From positions 48,112,001-48,176,000 of the forward strand of contig NC_090335.1 in NCBI RefSeq assembly GCF_035084215.1: a stretch of DNA of 64,000 nucleotides. Direction: 5' to 3'. Both the position numbers and the translations under genes were made by a program. Shown in pieces: positions 61,102 through 64,000 of the stretch; the stretch's first letter is position 1; each line of letters opens with the position of its first letter. The notes under the pieces are model-generated. The model did not search any database and was not told the origin of the DNA. It saw only the letters and a list, made by a program, of their open reading frames with translations. The DNA is from Heptranchias perlo. Lineage: Eukaryota.

Positions 61102-61504
61102 ACTTCATATACAGGTATATGTTAGTTTAATTATTTTCTTGTAAATTTTGTAATTATAATTGTGCCTTTATTATGCTACAAACCTTGGACACCATTTTAA
61201 CTCCCCCCACCAATCAGGCAAGGGGCAGTTAAATTCAAACGGGAGACTTACTCCATCCCATCCTAATCTTACTGACTGCAATTTTAAGGTGGATGGGGGG
61301 TCCTATTTAAATATAGCTCAATCTGCCATTTTAACCTGAGGCCTGAACAGGGGAGCAGTGGTGGCTTCCCCACCAGGCCAAACCTGCCGGGAACGGCAGC
61401 CAGTGCCGAAAGAGGCCTAGTGAGGTAAGTTTTTACTTTTTATTTTAATTTGCTTGTGGGCCAGGAGCTGTAGGAGGAATATACTATGTTGGTATATACT
61501 ATTC

Positions 61505-64000
61505 TATAGAACCATAGAACCATAGAAAGGGTACAGCACAGAAGGGGGCCATTCAGCCCATCATGTCCGCGCCGGCTCGAAGAACAACCAGGTGCCCATT
61601 CTAATCCCAACTTCCAGCATCCAATCCGTAGCCTTGCTGCTTACAGCACTTTAGGTGTAGGTCCAGGTACTTTTTAAAAGAGTTGAGGGTCCTTATCTCT
61701 ACCACCAATTCAGGCATTGCATATACCCACCGCCCTCTGGAATTGCATACACCCACCGCCCTCTGGGTAAAAAAGTTTTTCTTCATGTCCCCTCTAATCC
61801 TTCCGCCAATCAGCTTAAATCTATGTCCTCTAGTTCTTGAACTCTCCGCTAGGGGAACAGGTACTTCCTGTCTACTCTATCTGGGCCCCTCATAATTTTG
61901 TACACCTCAATCAAGTCTTCCCTCAGCCTCCTCTACTCCAAGGAAAACAACCCCAGCCTATCCAATCTCTCTTCGTAGCTGCAATTTTCAAGCTCTAGCA
62001 ACATTCTTGTAAATCTTCTCTGCACTCTCACCAGAGCAATTACGTCCTTCCTGTAATGTGGTGACCAGAACTGCGCACAATACTCCAGCTGTGGTGTTAC
62101 CAGAGTTTTATACAGTTCCATCATTACATCCCTGCTTTTGTATTCATTACCTCAGCTAATAACGGAGAGCATTCCGTATGCTTTCTTCACAACCTTATCT
62201 TCCTGTATTGCCACCTTCAGGGACCTGTGCATATGCACTCCAAGGTCTCTCACTTCCTCTACCCCTCTCAATATATTCCCGTTTACTGCGTATTCCCTTT
62301 TACTGTTTGCCCTCCCTAAGTGCATTACCTCACACTTCTCTGGGTTGAACTCCATTTGCCACTTTTTCGCCCACTCCACCAACCCATTGATATCTTCTTG
62401 GAATCTACAGCTATCCTCTTCGCTATCAACTACACGGCCAATTTGCCAATCATACCCCCTACATTCAAGTTGAAATCATTAATATATACCACAAACAGCA
62501 AGGGACCCAACACTGAGTCCTGTGGCACACCACTAGAAACGGATTTCCATTCGCAAAGACATCCATCGACTTTTACCCTTTGTTTCCTGTTACTGAGCCA
62601 ATTTTGGATCCAATTTGCCACATTTCCCTGTATCCCAAGGCTTTTACCTTTCTGACCAGTCTGCCATGTGGGACCTTGTCAAATGCTTACTAAAATCCAT
62701 GTAAAGCATCCACTACACTATCCTCATCAATCCTCCTTGTCATTTCCTCAAAGAATTCAATTAGATTTGTAAGGCATGACCTTCCCTGAACAAATCCATG
62801 CTGACTATCCCTGATTAAACCATGCCTTTCCAAGTGACAGTTTATCCTATCTCTCAGTATTGATTCTAATAGTTTGCACACCACTGAGGTAAGACTGATC
62901 GGCCTGCAATTGTTCGGTCTTTCCCTCGTACCCTTTTTAAACAATGGTATTACGTTTGCAGTCTTCCAGTCCTCCGGTACCTCCCCTGTATCTAGTGAGG
63001 ATTGGAAAATGATCCTCAGAGCATCCACTGTTTCCTCCCTGGCTTCCTTCAATAGCCTAGGAAACAATCCATCCGGCCCTGGTGACTTATCAACTTTCAA
63101 GGATTCCAGTCCCTCAGGTACTTCCTCTCTCGTTATGTTCACCTTATCCAATATTTCACACCTCTCCTCTTTAACTACTACGTCCGGATCATTCCTTTCC
63201 TTTGTGAATAAGGAGACAAAATATTCATTTAAAACCCTACCCACATCCTCCGTTTCTACACACAAGTTACCCTTATCATCCCTGATAGGTCCCATCTTTT
63301 CCTTGGCTATCCTCTTGTTCTTAATGTACTGATAAAACATCTTTGGCTTTTCTTTAATCTTACTTGCTAATATTTTTTCATGCCCTCGCTTTACTTTTCT
63401 TATTTCCTTTTTTACGTCATCCCTGTACTTTCTATACTCCTCTAGGCTTTCTGCAGTATTTAGTTTTCTGTGACAGTCATAAGCTTTCTTTTTCCGCTTT
63501 ATCTTGCCCCGTATACTTCTAGACAACCAGGGGGCTCTAAATTTGGCAGTGCCACCCTTTTTCTTTGAGGGGACGTGTCTGCATTGTACCCGTAGAATTT
63601 CACTTTTTAGTGTCTCCCACTGGCTTGCCACTGATTTCTCCTCAAGTAGTTGCGTCCAGTGCACTTCTGCCAAATCACCTCTTAGTTCTGTACAATTTGC
63701 CTTCCCCCAATTTAAAACATTTACTCCTGATTTAACTCTGTCCTTTTCCATAATAATGCTAAATCTAACTGAATTGTGGTCACTATCCCCAATATGGTCA
63801 CCCACTGTCACTTCACCCACTTGCCCATCTTCATTTCCCAGGACTAAATCTAGAATTGCATCACCTCTTGTTGGGCTTGTCACGTACTGGCTAAAAAAGT
63901 TCTCCTGAACACCGATCAAGAATTTTGCGCCCTCTGTGCCCCTCACACTGTTTGAATCCCAGTTGATGTTAGGCTAGTTGAAGTCCCCTACTATTATTGC
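61505..64000 (-). mobile_element. CR1 LINE ORF2 (continues beyond the window), degraded
   Basis: ORF 62690..63946 and downstream RT fragments; CATAGAAC tail at 61505-61527. Confidence 0.92.

Noticed and set aside
42444-63908. Many 60-170 aa ORFs antisense or out of frame to LINEs
   Set aside because: Shadow ORFs of CR1-group elements with no independent coding signature.

Overview
Vertebrate genomic DNA, most likely a cartilaginous fish (shark), judged from the HER1/CR1-type LINEs, Penelope-derived repeats and Harbinger debris that fill most of the window. Two spliced immunoglobulin-superfamily genes lie in tandem on the + strand; the ORF track shows them only as fragments. (1) A B7-family gene (14017-22502: leader, IgV, IgC, short hydrophilic tail, 237 aa). 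Its V domain most resembles VTCN1/B7-H4, and its best-supported last exon has no transmembrane segment. (2) About 8 kb downstream, a six-exon non-rearranging antigen-receptor-like gene (30719-40291, 374 aa): split leader, germline-joined VJ-type domain, C1-set domain, uncharged TM and a tail with ITIM/ITSM-like/ITIM/ITSM-like motifs. Together they are a candidate linked ligand plus inhibitory-receptor (checkpoint) module. Penelope-like fold-back insertions with minimal hammerhead-ribozyme motifs sit upstream of the B7 gene and in its probable 3' UTR. All gene models were built by hand from splice sites and reading phase and have not been confirmed with transcript data or database searches.
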